DNA from: Bacteroidales bacterium
GTDB lineage: Bacteria; Bacteroidota; Bacteroidia; Bacteroidales; UBA3824
NCBI GenBank assembly: GCA_017535325.1
Contig: JAFXUC010000045.1
Location: forward strand, 3,169 to 67,168
Reading direction: 5' to 3'
Length of the DNA: 64,000 nt
Shown here: positions 37,165-47,679 of the stretch, one piece after another
Layout: every line of letters starts with the position of its first letter
Position numbering within the stretch: position 1 is the first letter of the stretch
Position numbers and translations under genes: made by a program
Notes under the pieces: model-generated
Seen by the model: the letters and a program-made list of their open reading frames with translations, nothing else
The model's database searches: none
Told to the model about the DNA's origin: nothing

Positions 37165-38328
37165 TTACTTGATTCTGTATCCGCCGATTAATACATCGTC
37201 AATTTGTGGAAAATTCCCGCGCCACTGAGTTAAAAAATCGTCCAATTTTTGCGACTGTTCTTCTCCTGAAAATTCTGAAAACGAACTTAGCAACTCTTTG
37301 AAACGCTTGTATGTTACCTTGCGCATTGTAGAGCCGCTGAACTGGTCTGCAAAACCGTCTGAAAACATATACAACCAATCACCGCTTTCAACCTCTATTT
37401 CTTCTGTTTCAAAACTTTTTGGTTTCGGGTGATAGCCTATTGGATTTTTAACGGCTTTATATTCCGTTAATTCGCCTTTTCTTACAAGGTACAAAGGATT
37501 GTTGCCGCCGGAAAACCGCAGTTTTTTGGTTCTTAAATTCAGAATGCAAAGAGCCATATCCATACCGTCCTGAGGTTCTTTTTCGTTAACGTCTTGACTG
37601 AGTGCGCCGGTAATGCAGGTTCTGAGTTTTTCCAAAACCTCTGACGGCAAAGTGTTTTCGTCTAAGTCTATGCAAATGTCGTTCAAAAAAGTGATTCCTA
37701 AAAGACTCATAAATGCACCCGGAACACCGTGTCCTGTACAGTCTGCAACTGTAAACACCAAATTTTCGCCCGAAAGTTTCATCCAATAAAAATCGCCCGA
37801 AACGATTTCTTTCGGCCTCCAAAACAAAAAGTAGTCAGCAAAATTATGTTTTAGAATCTCTTTCGAGGCTAAAACCGCCAACTGAATCCGCCGCGCATAT
37901 CGTATGCTGTCGGTTACGGAGCGGTGTTTTTTTTCGATGTCGGCTTTTAAGGCGGAAATATGTTCTTTTTCTTTTTGAATCAGCAGCGACATATCCCAAA
38001 GCCGCTTGTTTTTCTCGGAAAATTCTTCTTTTTCCTGAGCCAACTTTTTTTGCTCCATCAAGAGGGTATTGGCATCAACGGAAAAAGTCTGAATGTCTGC
38101 TTTAACGGTTTTTACGGGTTCGGCTTTTGAGGTTTTGAGGTTTTCGTAAAGTGTTTTTTCGCGTTCAAGTGCATCTTTATAAATGCGTATTTCTTCTTTG
38201 AAGCGGTTTTCGACGCGTTTTGCGGCTTTTGCTTTGGCGATATGAATCCTGCGGCGGATTACTACGGCGTAAAAAAACGCGCAAATCGCCAAAATTATCA
38301 AAATAATATGTAAATAATCGAGTCTCAA
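37165..38328 (-). CDS. membrane-anchored PP2C/SpoIIE-family protein phosphatase (cassette copy 2)
   Basis: N-terminal TM helix (HIILIILAICAFFYAVVI then RRR), coiled coil, then YARRIQLAVL, SGDFYW, VADCTGHGVPGAFMS, DGMDMA and MFSDGFADQF. TTG start overlaps the upstream TGA (TTGA). Confidence 0.85.
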   Translation of the reverse strand: MRLDYLHIILIILAICAFFYAVVIRRRIHIAKAKAAKRVENRFKEEIRIYKDALEREKTLYENLKTSKAEPVKTVKADIQTFSVDANTLLMEQKKLAQEKEEFSEKNKRLWDMSLLIQKEKEHISALKADIEKKHRSVTDSIRYARRIQLAVLASKEILKHNFADYFLFWRPKEIVSGDFYWMKLSGENLVFTVADCTGHGVPGAFMSLLGITFLNDICIDLDENTLPSEVLEKLRTCITGALSQDVNEKEPQDGMDMALCILNLRTKKLRFSGGNNPLYLVRKGELTEYKAVKNPIGYHPKPKSFETEEIEVESGDWLYMFSDGFADQFSGSTMRKVTYKRFKELLSSFSEFSGEEQSQKLDDFLTQWRGNFPQIDDVLIGGYRIK

Positions 38329-39650
38329 TTTATTTGCAGTTTTTCTAACGATGAAACATTATAAACGTAAATTCTGTTGCCCAAACCGATGTTGTTGATG
38401 TTCATATTTACCGCCGATTCGGAAGAAATTCTTGACATGAAGACATCGTAGCCGCCGTTGCCGTCTTTGAAACAAGCGTAACATGCTATTCCGTCATCAT
38501 AGTCAAGGCGCACATATTTTTGTATTGTGCCGTCAAGTGATACCACCGACAAAACGCCCGTCATGCTGCCCACCATTTTTAGGAGTGCCGACATTGTGGT
38601 GATTGACGACGCGCCGCTGACTTCGATACCGGCAAAATAGATTTCGTTGTCTATTTTCATGGCGTTTGAAAAAAAGGCGTCGGTCGTGGGGACGCGGATA
38701 TATTCGCTGCCGTTTTCGTCCAAAACCAAAGCGCATGTGCCGGTGTTGTCAACGGCTGAGATGTAGGCGTATTTGCTGTCAGGCGCAAAAATGTACGGGG
38801 AATAGTCTATCGCCGAACTGTTGATTTGCTGTCCGTCAAGCGAGAAAATTTTCAAAAAATAATATCCGTCGGCGTTGGTGTAGTAGATAAAAATATTGTT
38901 GTTTATCGAGCAGGTTTCTACGATGCTGATAGTTTCATCAAACGCCAAATCCGTTTCGTGTTCTGTTTTGCCTTCATTGTTTATGTATCTTAACCTCAAA
39001 TCGTAAGAGGTGTTTTGCTGCATCATTCCTTGGTTCGGCACTTGAAATATCATAGCGTAACCGCCGTTGTCCAAGGGAGTTCCGTTGACGGGGATTTTGC
39101 TGACGGAATTGTTTGCTCCGCCGCCCATTCCGCCTCCTCCGCCGTTCATCATATTGACGGTGCTGTCGAGTTGAAAAAGTTTTTGTCCGTCTTTGTCAAA
39201 TTTTACGACAGCGTAATATGTGCGTCCGAAATTGTTTGAGGAGTAAAATTCAAAATAAAACTCGTCGTTGGCGTTTTTGCGGACTGTACCGGCAGAGACG
39301 TCAACTTTTGTCTGCATTTCTGCGGCAGACTGTTTTGAGATGTCTTCTCGGTTTTTGTCTCCGGGGTTGTCTCCGTTATTGTTTACGGGGTTGCGCACAG
39401 ACTCGTTCCAAGAAAGCGCAAAAGTTGTTTTGGTGATTTCGGCGTTGCGGTCTATTTTTACGAAATTGTAGTTCAGCGTGTCGTGTTCGGAGGTGATGGT
39501 GATTATCGAACCGTCAGAGCACGCAACGGGAAAAAACATCGGCGAAACCTCAACCGATTTTACCGGCGAAGCCTCGTAATCCGAAAAAACTGTTTCGTTT
39601 TCGCACGAAAACAAAAACAGAAGTACTGATATGAATAATGCCTTTTTCAT
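38325..39650 (-). CDS. hypothetical lipoprotein (cassette copy 2)
   Basis: Lipobox LLFLFSC, beta-rich, internal Gly run (NGGGGGMGGG). C-terminus YVYNVSSLEKLQIN resembles that of the 45156 paralog. Confidence 0.6.
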   Translation of the reverse strand: MKKALFISVLLFLFSCENETVFSDYEASPVKSVEVSPMFFPVACSDGSIITITSEHDTLNYNFVKIDRNAEITKTTFALSWNESVRNPVNNNGDNPGDKNREDISKQSAAEMQTKVDVSAGTVRKNANDEFYFEFYSSNNFGRTYYAVVKFDKDGQKLFQLDSTVNMMNGGGGGMGGGANNSVSKIPVNGTPLDNGGYAMIFQVPNQGMMQQNTSYDLRLRYINNEGKTEHETDLAFDETISIVETCSINNNIFIYYTNADGYYFLKIFSLDGQQINSSAIDYSPYIFAPDSKYAYISAVDNTGTCALVLDENGSEYIRVPTTDAFFSNAMKIDNEIYFAGIEVSGASSITTMSALLKMVGSMTGVLSVVSLDGTIQKYVRLDYDDGIACYACFKDGNGGYDVFMSRISSESAVNMNINNIGLGNRIYVYNVSSLEKLQIN

Positions 39651-39664
39651 AATTTTCTTTTTTG

Positions 39665-40735
39665 TTAATAACCGTAACCGTATTTGGCTATTATGCCGTA
39701 GCCAAAATTTATTTTAACGCCCACACAGATATTTGTAAAACTGAAACTTATCGCATCCGGTACAAACAACTTGTTGTAAACCAGATTGTTGTCAGAATAA
39801 TTGTATTCAGGATTGTTGTGCGGTTTCAGCATTGCGGTTTTGGTAAAATCCGCGAAAACGGATATGCGGTTGTAATTTCTGCTGATTCTAATCCGCGAAC
39901 TTATTGCGCCGTTTATGCGGTTTTTGGTTTTTAAGTCAATGCTGCTTTTTATGAAGTTGTTTTGCTGCGTGTTGATTGCGTTGTATGCCTCGTAGTCCGC
40001 TTTCATGATAAAGTTGAGTTCGCCGCCCAAGAAAATTTCGGGAGTCCATTTGCCGAGGTCGAAAGCGTAACCGACATAGAGCGGAATTGCGCCAAAATGC
40101 ACCGATTCTTTGTAAACAAAATTGTAGTCGACATTCATGAGCCCTGTTTCCCCGTTTTTTGACAGCGTCCTTGAATATTGCGCAAAACGGTATTTTATGC
40201 CGGTTAACACGGAAAGCGTTTTTATCGGACGGTATTGCAGCGAAAAGTCAAACGTATAGCCGATAATATCCTCGTAGGAGGGTTCGTTTTCTTTGTTTTC
40301 GCCGACAACATGGACGGTGTCAACTGAGATTTTCGGAGCGCAGATTCCCGCCGAAAAGCCGACAGAAAACTTCGGGTATGCATGATAATTCAAAAATATT
40401 TCCTTAAAAGGCAGCGGGTCTTCTGTTACGGTTTCGTAAAACGGATTTTTTGTGACAAACGTTCTTACAAGCGAATCCGCTTCTGACTCAAATCCCGACT
40501 CCCTTAAAACCGACGAATAATATTTCAGATATTCAGAATAGTTTTCAGAACTGAGTTTGCCGTTTTGACGGATTTGTTCGGCGGTTTTGCGCGCGTCGAA
40601 GTATTTGCCGGCATTGTAAAATCTTTTTAAGTCAAAAAGCAACATTCCGGCAGTGTCGGTTTGTGCCTTTGCGTTTAAAGCACAAACCGAAGTAACAACA
40701 GTCAAGATTAATATTTTCAATGTTTTATATCCCAT
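39665..40735 (-). CDS. secreted protein with helical N-domain and beta-barrel-like C-domain ending KYGYGY (cassette copy 2)
   Basis: Signal peptide ...SVCALNAKAQ, an N-terminal region of about 100 aa that looks helical or TPR-like, then alternating beta pattern and an aromatic C-terminus. An alternative ATG at 40750 would overlap the NTPase stop. Confidence 0.55.
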   Translation of the reverse strand: MGYKTLKILILTVVTSVCALNAKAQTDTAGMLLFDLKRFYNAGKYFDARKTAEQIRQNGKLSSENYSEYLKYYSSVLRESGFESEADSLVRTFVTKNPFYETVTEDPLPFKEIFLNYHAYPKFSVGFSAGICAPKISVDTVHVVGENKENEPSYEDIIGYTFDFSLQYRPIKTLSVLTGIKYRFAQYSRTLSKNGETGLMNVDYNFVYKESVHFGAIPLYVGYAFDLGKWTPEIFLGGELNFIMKADYEAYNAINTQQNNFIKSSIDLKTKNRINGAISSRIRISRNYNRISVFADFTKTAMLKPHNNPEYNYSDNNLVYNKLFVPDAISFSFTNICVGVKINFGYGIIAKYGYGY

Positions 40736-40736
40736 A

Positions 40737-43700
40737 TCAAAAATCATCAATATTAGAAAACTCTTTGCCTAAAATCAGTTCTTTTTCTGCCGGTGTCAGC
40801 GGCTTAGGATGCATTTCTGAAAGTATTGCGGCATATTTGTTAATGTCGGTATACCAAAAGCGCACCTGATTGTCTTCTGTCAGAGCGAAAACCGTGCCTA
40901 AGGAATTGAAAGCCGCCGATTTTACCTTGCCTTTGAGACTGTGCTCTTCTATGCTGACGATTTTGCCGTTTTTGATGTCGGCGGTGTTGATAAGCGCAAT
41001 TCTCTTGTCCGCGCTTGCCACGGCAAGAAAACCCGTTTTGGAATCGTAGCACATTTTTTCTATTTGGACGTGTCCTCCGGTGCGGCTTGCCACAACAAGG
41101 TCGGTTGTCATATTCAAAAATTTTACGTTGCCGTCGGCAAAAGAGACCGCCAAAAGGTTTTTGTCGGGAATTGCCTCCAACGCAAAACCGAAATTCTGAC
41201 CTTCTTTTTCAATGAGGATTTTTTTCTCGCCGGTTTTATAATTCCATTTCAAAAGTCTGCCGTTGTGCTGCAAAATGTAGATGCCGTTGTTTGTGGGATA
41301 AATTCCGGTTATTTTGTTTCCGAAATTCGCCTCGGTTATCGGTTTGTCCTTTGGTCTGGTCGGTATGGTGATGATAATCCGTCCGTCCGTAAAACCCAAA
41401 ATAAGAAGCAAATTGTCAGGCAGCATTACCGCCTGAGACAGATAGCCTTTTTGCTTTTCAAGATTGAATACGGTTCCCGATTCTATGTCAACAAAAAACA
41501 AATTTCGGTCTTTTGTTGACAAGACCGCCGTAAACCCGGAAGTAAACAGTGCGCGTTCAACAAGCGTTTTCCCTTCAAAGGCTTTTATGGATTTTGTGTT
41601 TTTTGCCTTGTTTTCCTTTAAGTCGTAAACATTTACAGTGCCGTCTTCGCTTACGATTTCTATTTTGTCGGAAGCGTTTATGCGGAAGGCGGACATTCTT
41701 TCGGGAAGTTTGCTGAGGGTATTTTTAAAAGGTGTCTGCTCAACGGCGTAAAGCATTGCGTCATAAAGGATTGCGTCGTTTTGCTTGTCCTTGTTGGTTT
41801 CGTTCATTTTATATGCCGCCCACGCGAGTTTGATATTGAGGTCCTTGTCCTCGTACTGGTTTTTGGCGTTCATGGCAAGCATGTTGCAAAGAGTTATGTT
41901 ATAAAGCCGTGCGGCTGAATCGCTCGCAATTTTTGCTTTCATTTCCTCCTCTTTGGCTTTTTGCTCTTCCTCCTGGGCTTTTTTGCGCTGTTCTTCGGCG
42001 ATGGTAAGATTTTTTTCCGCCTCCAAACGGCTGGCATTTGCAAAGGCAAAGGCAGTGTTGGCGCGGTTCAAAGCCTCCTGCGCGGCAAGTTTGGCTTTAC
42101 GGGCTTCTTCCGCCTCGCGCTGTGCGTTGCTTTTTTCCACCTGCGCCTGAATGTTGGCCTGGTCGGCAATGCCGCGCTGCTGTTCGGCGAGTTCTCTTTG
42201 ACGCTCGGTCGCGATTTTCTGCTTTTCGGCACGGTCTCTTTCTTCGTTTGCAGAGGATTTTTCCATCAACGCCCACGAGGTAAAACCTGCCATTGTCAGC
42301 AGGAAAAATGCGATTGCGACAAAAATAACTTTCATGCGGCGTTTTCTTGCCTGTTCTTTTTCCAAAAGCGCGTTGTGGCTTTCCTCCAAATAGTCGGTAC
42401 AGTCTTCAAAATGCGCAACAGCCTTTTTGCGTTTTTCCTGTTCCGAAATTTTGCTTGTATCATAACGCGCTATCCAATAAGGATTTGGACGTGATTTGTT
42501 GTACCAGTCATTGAAGTAGTTGTAAGAGCCGCTTGTCAGAAGAAACTCCGGACTTTTATCTTGGGAGAGCCAGCGCGAGACTTGCGAGTTGAAGTCGTGA
42601 TAATCCTTTGCGTTGCTTTCCATTTGTGCTCCCCACTGAGCGAACATTTTCCAGTTACGGATAAGAGCCTCATGCGTGATGTCCAACACCGTGTCGCCGC
42701 TGAGATATTGCGTTTCAAGTTCTCCGTCCTCGATAAAGGGCCGCAAAAGCGTGTTGTCAGGACTGCGGAAAATATTCAAAACGCCGCAGACCGTGGCGTT
42801 TGTGATGTTTTCTTTTCCGATGATGCCCGTGATTTCGTCTACGGTGCAGCGGTTTCTTACCGGACGGTTGTTGTCTATTTTGACGAGCGACTTAAATGCC
42901 GCCTCGATGATTTCCTTGCTTTCCTCATTCGTGATTGATTTTTCAGCCCAAGGAGCGTTTTTTTGAAAATAATCGAAAGCCGATTCGTAGAGAATACCGG
43001 CATGGGCGTTCAAAACGTTGTTCAAATCGGGCTTTTCAAAATATTTTTTTTCGTAGTCGGGGCGCATGGCAAACCACTTGTCGAACTCTTTTCTTTCGCC
43101 GCCCGACAAAACCTCTTTTGAAATGCCGGCAATTTTTGCCAAATGTATCAAATCCAACTCTTTCTGACCGTTGTCAGCCATTTTCCAAAGAAGATGGAGC
43201 GCGTGCTGCAAAACCGGCAACTGGTCAAAACCGTTGTTAAGGTTGTTGACAATCACTTCTCTCAGACGGTCGGAAACTTTTCCGCCGGCAAGCGCGGCAG
43301 GCTCTTCGATAACCTGGCAGATTTCGGTGCGTTTTAACTGCGGCACAAAAAACTGCGAATATGCGATAAATTCGGGAAGGTTTTTAAAAACCGTACATTG
43401 CGAAATAAAGTCGCTGCGCATCGTAAAGATGACGTAGACGGGAAGGTTTTCCGTTACGGCAATTCTGACGGTTTCAAGCAAAAGATTTATAGCCGTGTAA
43501 CTTTCTTCGCTCGGCTCTCCGTCATTAAAATTGTCAGAATTTGTAAAAACTTCCTCAAACTGGTCGGCGATTATCAGCAGGTTTTTGCCCTGATTGGCAT
43601 CTTCGGCATAAAATCCGTGTCTTTTATAAAGGTCAACGACCGACGAAAAACCGTTGTCAAGTTCTGATAAAAAGTCAGAATAATCAGCATTCATTTGCGT

Positions 43701-43988
43701 TGCCAACGCTTCTGCGAGTGATGCTAACGGGTTTCGTTGCGGCTTGAAGTCGGCAATAATCCAAGAATTGAAATCGGCTTTGAAAAATCCGGCACGTATA
43801 TACGGCACAACTCCGGCATAAACCATTGACGACTTTCCGTCGCCGGACGCGCCGGTTATAAACGCCATTTTGTTTTCTTCCAAGAGTTTTACAATCTGGC
43901 GTATATGCAAATCCCGCCCTTTGAAGAAGATTGACTCTTCCTCAGTAAAAGGTCTTAAACCGGGATATGGACAAATGCCTCGTTTCAT
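40737..43988 (-). CDS. STAND-like P-loop NTPase with TM helix, coiled coil and C-terminal WD40-like beta-propeller (cassette copy 2)
   Basis: CPYPGLRPFTEEESIFFKGRD...AFITGASGDGKSSMVYAGVVPYI (Walker A), LLIIADQFEEVFT (Walker B). TM helix VIFVAIAFFLLTMAGFTSWAL preceded by RKRRMK. About 130 aa rich in A/E/K/Q. Blades such as LAVSFADGNVKFLN, LAVASADKRIALIN and FALTEDNQVRFW. Confidence 0.8.
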   Translation of the reverse strand: MKRGICPYPGLRPFTEEESIFFKGRDLHIRQIVKLLEENKMAFITGASGDGKSSMVYAGVVPYIRAGFFKADFNSWIIADFKPQRNPLASLAEALATQMNADYSDFLSELDNGFSSVVDLYKRHGFYAEDANQGKNLLIIADQFEEVFTNSDNFNDGEPSEESYTAINLLLETVRIAVTENLPVYVIFTMRSDFISQCTVFKNLPEFIAYSQFFVPQLKRTEICQVIEEPAALAGGKVSDRLREVIVNNLNNGFDQLPVLQHALHLLWKMADNGQKELDLIHLAKIAGISKEVLSGGERKEFDKWFAMRPDYEKKYFEKPDLNNVLNAHAGILYESAFDYFQKNAPWAEKSITNEESKEIIEAAFKSLVKIDNNRPVRNRCTVDEITGIIGKENITNATVCGVLNIFRSPDNTLLRPFIEDGELETQYLSGDTVLDITHEALIRNWKMFAQWGAQMESNAKDYHDFNSQVSRWLSQDKSPEFLLTSGSYNYFNDWYNKSRPNPYWIARYDTSKISEQEKRKKAVAHFEDCTDYLEESHNALLEKEQARKRRMKVIFVAIAFFLLTMAGFTSWALMEKSSANEERDRAEKQKIATERQRELAEQQRGIADQANIQAQVEKSNAQREAEEARKAKLAAQEALNRANTAFAFANASRLEAEKNLTIAEEQRKKAQEEEQKAKEEEMKAKIASDSAARLYNITLCNMLAMNAKNQYEDKDLNIKLAWAAYKMNETNKDKQNDAILYDAMLYAVEQTPFKNTLSKLPERMSAFRINASDKIEIVSEDGTVNVYDLKENKAKNTKSIKAFEGKTLVERALFTSGFTAVLSTKDRNLFFVDIESGTVFNLEKQKGYLSQAVMLPDNLLLILGFTDGRIIITIPTRPKDKPITEANFGNKITGIYPTNNGIYILQHNGRLLKWNYKTGEKKILIEKEGQNFGFALEAIPDKNLLAVSFADGNVKFLNMTTDLVVASRTGGHVQIEKMCYDSKTGFLAVASADKRIALINTADIKNGKIVSIEEHSLKGKVKSAAFNSLGTVFALTEDNQVRFWYTDINKYAAILSEMHPKPLTPAEKELILGKEFSNIDDF

Positions 43989-43992
43989 TTTT

Positions 43993-45159
43993 TTATTTTA
44001 TCTGATACCCGCCGACAAGTACGTCATCGAGTTGCGGCATTGTACCGCGCCACTTAGTTAAAAAACTGCTTAACCTTTCGGATTGCAACTTGCCCGGAAG
44101 TGCTGAAACCGATGTCAGCAACTCCCTGAATTTTTTGTACGTTAATTTGCGGTTTCCGCCGCCGAACTGGTCTGAATAGCCGTCAGAGAACATATAAATC
44201 CAGTCGCCGGACTGGACATCTGCTTCCGCAGTTTCAAACGGACGCACAAAAACATACGAACCTATCGGATTTTTTACAGGTTTATATTCCGTTAATTCGC
44301 CGTTGCGGATTAAGTACATGGGATTGTTGGCACCCGCAAAGCGCAGTTTGTTGGTTTCTAAATTCAGAACGCAAAACGCCATGTCCATACCGTCGTCCTG
44401 CTTGCCGAAAGTGTTGTCCTGACTCAGTGCCCGTATAATGTCAGCCCGCAACTTTTCCAAAACTTCGCTCGGCTGGGTGTTTTCGTCCAAGTCTTTGCAA
44501 ATCTCGTTCAAAAACGTTATGCCCAAAAGACTCATAAACGCGCCCGGAACACCGTGTCCCGTACAGTCGGCAACCGTAAACGCCACTATGTCGCCCTGAC
44601 GTTTCATCCAGTAAAAGTCGCCCGAAACTATGTCCCTCGGACGCCAAAAAAGAAAGAAATCCGCAAAACTGAGTTTCAAAATCATTTTCGGAGGCAAAAC
44701 CGCCAACTGAATCCGGCGTGCATAACTTATACTGTCTGTTACCGAATGGTGCTTTTCCTCAATGTCGTTTTTCAAAATTTCGATATGCTCCTTCTCTTTT
44801 TGAACCGCCAACGACATTTCCCAAAGTTTTTTGTTGCGCTCGGTGATTTCGCTTTTTTCTATTTCAAGTTTTTGCTGTTCGAGAATGATTCTTTCTGCGG
44901 TTTTAAAGACCTCGTCCGCCGAAATATTGTCGTTGTCAGGCAGAATTTTGGGCTGATTAGCCGGCTCGTTTTTAAGATTTTCGTAAAGCGTTTTATAACG
45001 CAGAACCTCGTCCGAGGAAAAACGGATCTGACGTTTCAAATCCTTGTTTGCCTCGAATACAGCCGTTCTTGCCGCTCTGCGCCGCGTTAAAAAGAAATAA
45101 ACCGCCGCCAAAACCGCCAAAACAAGCAAAATTATAAGTATATAGTCTAATGTTGTCAA
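43993..45159 (-). CDS. membrane-anchored PP2C/SpoIIE-family protein phosphatase (cassette copy 1)
   Basis: Same architecture and motifs as 37165-38328, and the same TTGA start/stop overlap with the upstream lipoprotein gene. Confidence 0.85.
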   Translation of the reverse strand: MTTLDYILIILLVLAVLAAVYFFLTRRRAARTAVFEANKDLKRQIRFSSDEVLRYKTLYENLKNEPANQPKILPDNDNISADEVFKTAERIILEQQKLEIEKSEITERNKKLWEMSLAVQKEKEHIEILKNDIEEKHHSVTDSISYARRIQLAVLPPKMILKLSFADFFLFWRPRDIVSGDFYWMKRQGDIVAFTVADCTGHGVPGAFMSLLGITFLNEICKDLDENTQPSEVLEKLRADIIRALSQDNTFGKQDDGMDMAFCVLNLETNKLRFAGANNPMYLIRNGELTEYKPVKNPIGSYVFVRPFETAEADVQSGDWIYMFSDGYSDQFGGGNRKLTYKKFRELLTSVSALPGKLQSERLSSFLTKWRGTMPQLDDVLVGGYQIK

Positions 45160-46496
45160 AGTTCAAGTTTTTTTAAGTCGTCGGTCTGATAAATGTGAAA
45201 TTTATTAGACCAGACATCAGAAGCCGTGTTTCCGGTTACGTCCTCGGGACGCAACTCCTTATAATAAACAGTATAAATGCCGTTTTCGTACCAAACACCG
45301 TGTATTGCAGTTGAGTTCTGTCCGCGCATATTAAACAACTCGCCGTCCTTGATTATAAAACCGTCGCACTGTTCGGCGGTGTATATGTATTCAGCAGAGT
45401 ATGACCCTGTATATTTTTTCTTGCAATAACCGTACAAAAATTCACTGCCGCCACATTCAGTTCCGCCAAGGATGTAATAAGTAGAATCCGTGCCTTGAAT
45501 CGGTTTTATTTCACTCTCAGGGTAGACAAGTCTCTCGTAACTGTATGTTCCCGTAACAGAAACTACCGAAGAGCCGTTCTCGTTGACTTCTATTGTGTCT
45601 GTATTGGTTTTCAGATGCAGCATTACGGTTGCGAGACCGGTATATACCGCCTTTGAACTAACGTAGTCGTCAGCCTCGGTGCCATACTGCTCTGTTTTGC
45701 CCTCTGTAGAAACTGCTATCGTACTGCGTGTTCCTTTGTCGTTGTTGAAGTCGATAAAAACCATATTGCCGCTCGAATATGCACGGAAAACGTAGCCTTC
45801 GTTGTTGATTTCTGCCGGACATTTGTTTTCAATACTGCCGTCAGGGGCAAGAGTCATGATTTCCCATTCGTCGGGTGTCACTTCGCCTGTGTACCAGTCA
45901 TTCTTACCCTCTTTGAAAAACAAAACCGCAAAACGTCCGCCGCTGAGAGGCGCACCGAATTTAGGAGCGAGAGACCCGTTTCCGCTGTAATAGTCACCCG
46001 TGTTGTATGCCGCGCAGTGTTTGTAGATGACGTTGCAGTCTTTGTCGAACCTTATGACGCAGAGTTCCGAGATTCCGGCGTGATTGCGCGACGACCCTAT
46101 TCCGAAACTGAAAAAACCGCCGTCGTCGGATTTGTAAATGTCCTGTACGCTTATATAATGGCGGAGGTCGCCTTTTACCTCGTCAAAATTGTCTATGTTG
46201 CCGTTAATCCATTCGGGTTCTATGTGGACGAGTTCCTTTGTACCGTTTTGATTTATTATCACAAGGCGGGAATCCGAGGATTCTTCATGCCAGCCCGTTT
46301 GTCCGTATTCAAAGCCGATTAGACGTCCGTTTATGACCACCGGGTATACGTTGTTGTCAAGTTGGACGGTTTTTACAGGCTGAGTATTGCTGAGCGTGTC
46401 AACAAACACTCCGCCGTCCATAAGTATGCCGCCGTCCTTGCAGCCGGAAATCAAAATCAAAGCCGATAATATGACAATCAATTTTCTCATAATCAA
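45156..46496 (-). CDS. hypothetical lipoprotein (cassette copy 1)
   Basis: Lipobox ALILISGC, beta-rich, C-terminus HIYQTDDLKKLEL. A distant paralog of 38325-39650. Confidence 0.6.
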   Translation of the reverse strand: MIMRKLIVILSALILISGCKDGGILMDGGVFVDTLSNTQPVKTVQLDNNVYPVVINGRLIGFEYGQTGWHEESSDSRLVIINQNGTKELVHIEPEWINGNIDNFDEVKGDLRHYISVQDIYKSDDGGFFSFGIGSSRNHAGISELCVIRFDKDCNVIYKHCAAYNTGDYYSGNGSLAPKFGAPLSGGRFAVLFFKEGKNDWYTGEVTPDEWEIMTLAPDGSIENKCPAEINNEGYVFRAYSSGNMVFIDFNNDKGTRSTIAVSTEGKTEQYGTEADDYVSSKAVYTGLATVMLHLKTNTDTIEVNENGSSVVSVTGTYSYERLVYPESEIKPIQGTDSTYYILGGTECGGSEFLYGYCKKKYTGSYSAEYIYTAEQCDGFIIKDGELFNMRGQNSTAIHGVWYENGIYTVYYKELRPEDVTGNTASDVWSNKFHIYQTDDLKKLEL

Positions 46497-46503
46497 TTCC
46501 TTT

Positions 46504-47679
46504 TTAATATCCGTACCCGTATTTCGGAAGTGTCCGGTAAAACATATTTATTTTTACCCCGAAACTCAGCGAAATCTGGTTGAGCCGCATAGCGTCGGGT
46601 ACAAACAAGTGGTTTACAGCGAGTTCGGGATTTTTGTATTTGTCTTCTGGTTTTCTGAGTTCCTTGGTTGCAAAACCGTAAGACAGCCCCGCAAAAGCGC
46701 AGAATCTGTGGTACTCGTAGTTGAGTCGTATGCCGCCGTAAACTGTCATAAAACGTGATTTCTGATCTTTGAACCTTCCCTCGCAATAAACAGAGTCAAG
46801 ACGTTTGTTCTCAACGACTTCAGACCGCTTTAAATCTTTTATGCTGTAAGTGCTTTCATAAAAGACAGAGTATTTTATTCCGGCAAAAATCTCCGGTCTT
46901 ACAACGCCGTAAACCGCGGGCGCAATATAGGAGACCTCTGCCGGAATACTGAAAAACTTGTCTTTTTCAGTATAAGAGAAATGTACGTTTTCTCCGGCTT
47001 CAAGTCTTGTGTAAGAAAATTTTGAAAAGGCGAATCCGCCGGAGAGCGACACATTTTCAAACGGGTAAAACACCGCCTGAATTTCAGAAGACGAGGCTTT
47101 GAAATTCGAGTATATGTATTTTCCGTCCTTTGCCCTTACCGTATAGACAGTGTCAAGTACAACTATCGGGTAAACTTTTGATATTGTAACCTTTACGCCG
47201 AAAACAGGACGTGATATAAAATTCTTTTTGAGGCTGACAAAAGCCACAGGGTCGTCGTCTTTAATTTTGTAAAACGGAGCCTGACGGCAAAAAATTTTCA
47301 TCAGAGAGTCGGAGGTTTTTCCGTAGCCCATTTCTTTTAACGAGGCGATAGCGTATTTGTGAAAATCCTCTTTCTGCTGTTTCGATAGTTTTTCCTCATA
47401 TTGTCTTCCCTTGATGACAAAAGCCTTTTCGAGCGATTCCCTGAAACGTCCTGAATTGTAAAGCGTTTTTAAGTTTTCGATTACGATATCGATGTTTTTT
47501 GTGGAGTCGTCGGCGGAAACTGTCTTGAATTTTCCGTTGAAATTCTCCGGCAGAGCCTCCTCCGGCGTTGTCAGATTGTCGAAAAGGGGAATGTAGCCGT
47601 CCGGTTTTGAAGTGTCTTTCTGTGCAAAAACTTCTAAACAGACGGTCAGAAAAAATGCTATGAGAATTGTCTTTTTCAT
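46504..47679 (-). CDS. secreted protein with helical N-domain and beta-barrel-like C-domain ending KYGYGY (cassette copy 1)
   Basis: Signal peptide MKKTILIAFFLTVCLEVFAQ (start set at ATG 47679; the tracked start is 47733). Same C-terminal PKYGYGY as the copy-2 paralog. Confidence 0.55.
   Translation of the reverse strand: MKKTILIAFFLTVCLEVFAQKDTSKPDGYIPLFDNLTTPEEALPENFNGKFKTVSADDSTKNIDIVIENLKTLYNSGRFRESLEKAFVIKGRQYEEKLSKQQKEDFHKYAIASLKEMGYGKTSDSLMKIFCRQAPFYKIKDDDPVAFVSLKKNFISRPVFGVKVTISKVYPIVVLDTVYTVRAKDGKYIYSNFKASSSEIQAVFYPFENVSLSGGFAFSKFSYTRLEAGENVHFSYTEKDKFFSIPAEVSYIAPAVYGVVRPEIFAGIKYSVFYESTYSIKDLKRSEVVENKRLDSVYCEGRFKDQKSRFMTVYGGIRLNYEYHRFCAFAGLSYGFATKELRKPEDKYKNPELAVNHLFVPDAMRLNQISLSFGVKINMFYRTLPKYGYGY

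Noticed and set aside
41950-42300. A/E/K/Q-rich coding stretch (also 49900-50280) that looked like low-complexity or tandem-repeat DNA.
   Set aside because: There is no exact nucleotide periodicity. It is explained as a coiled-coil-encoding segment of the NTPase genes.
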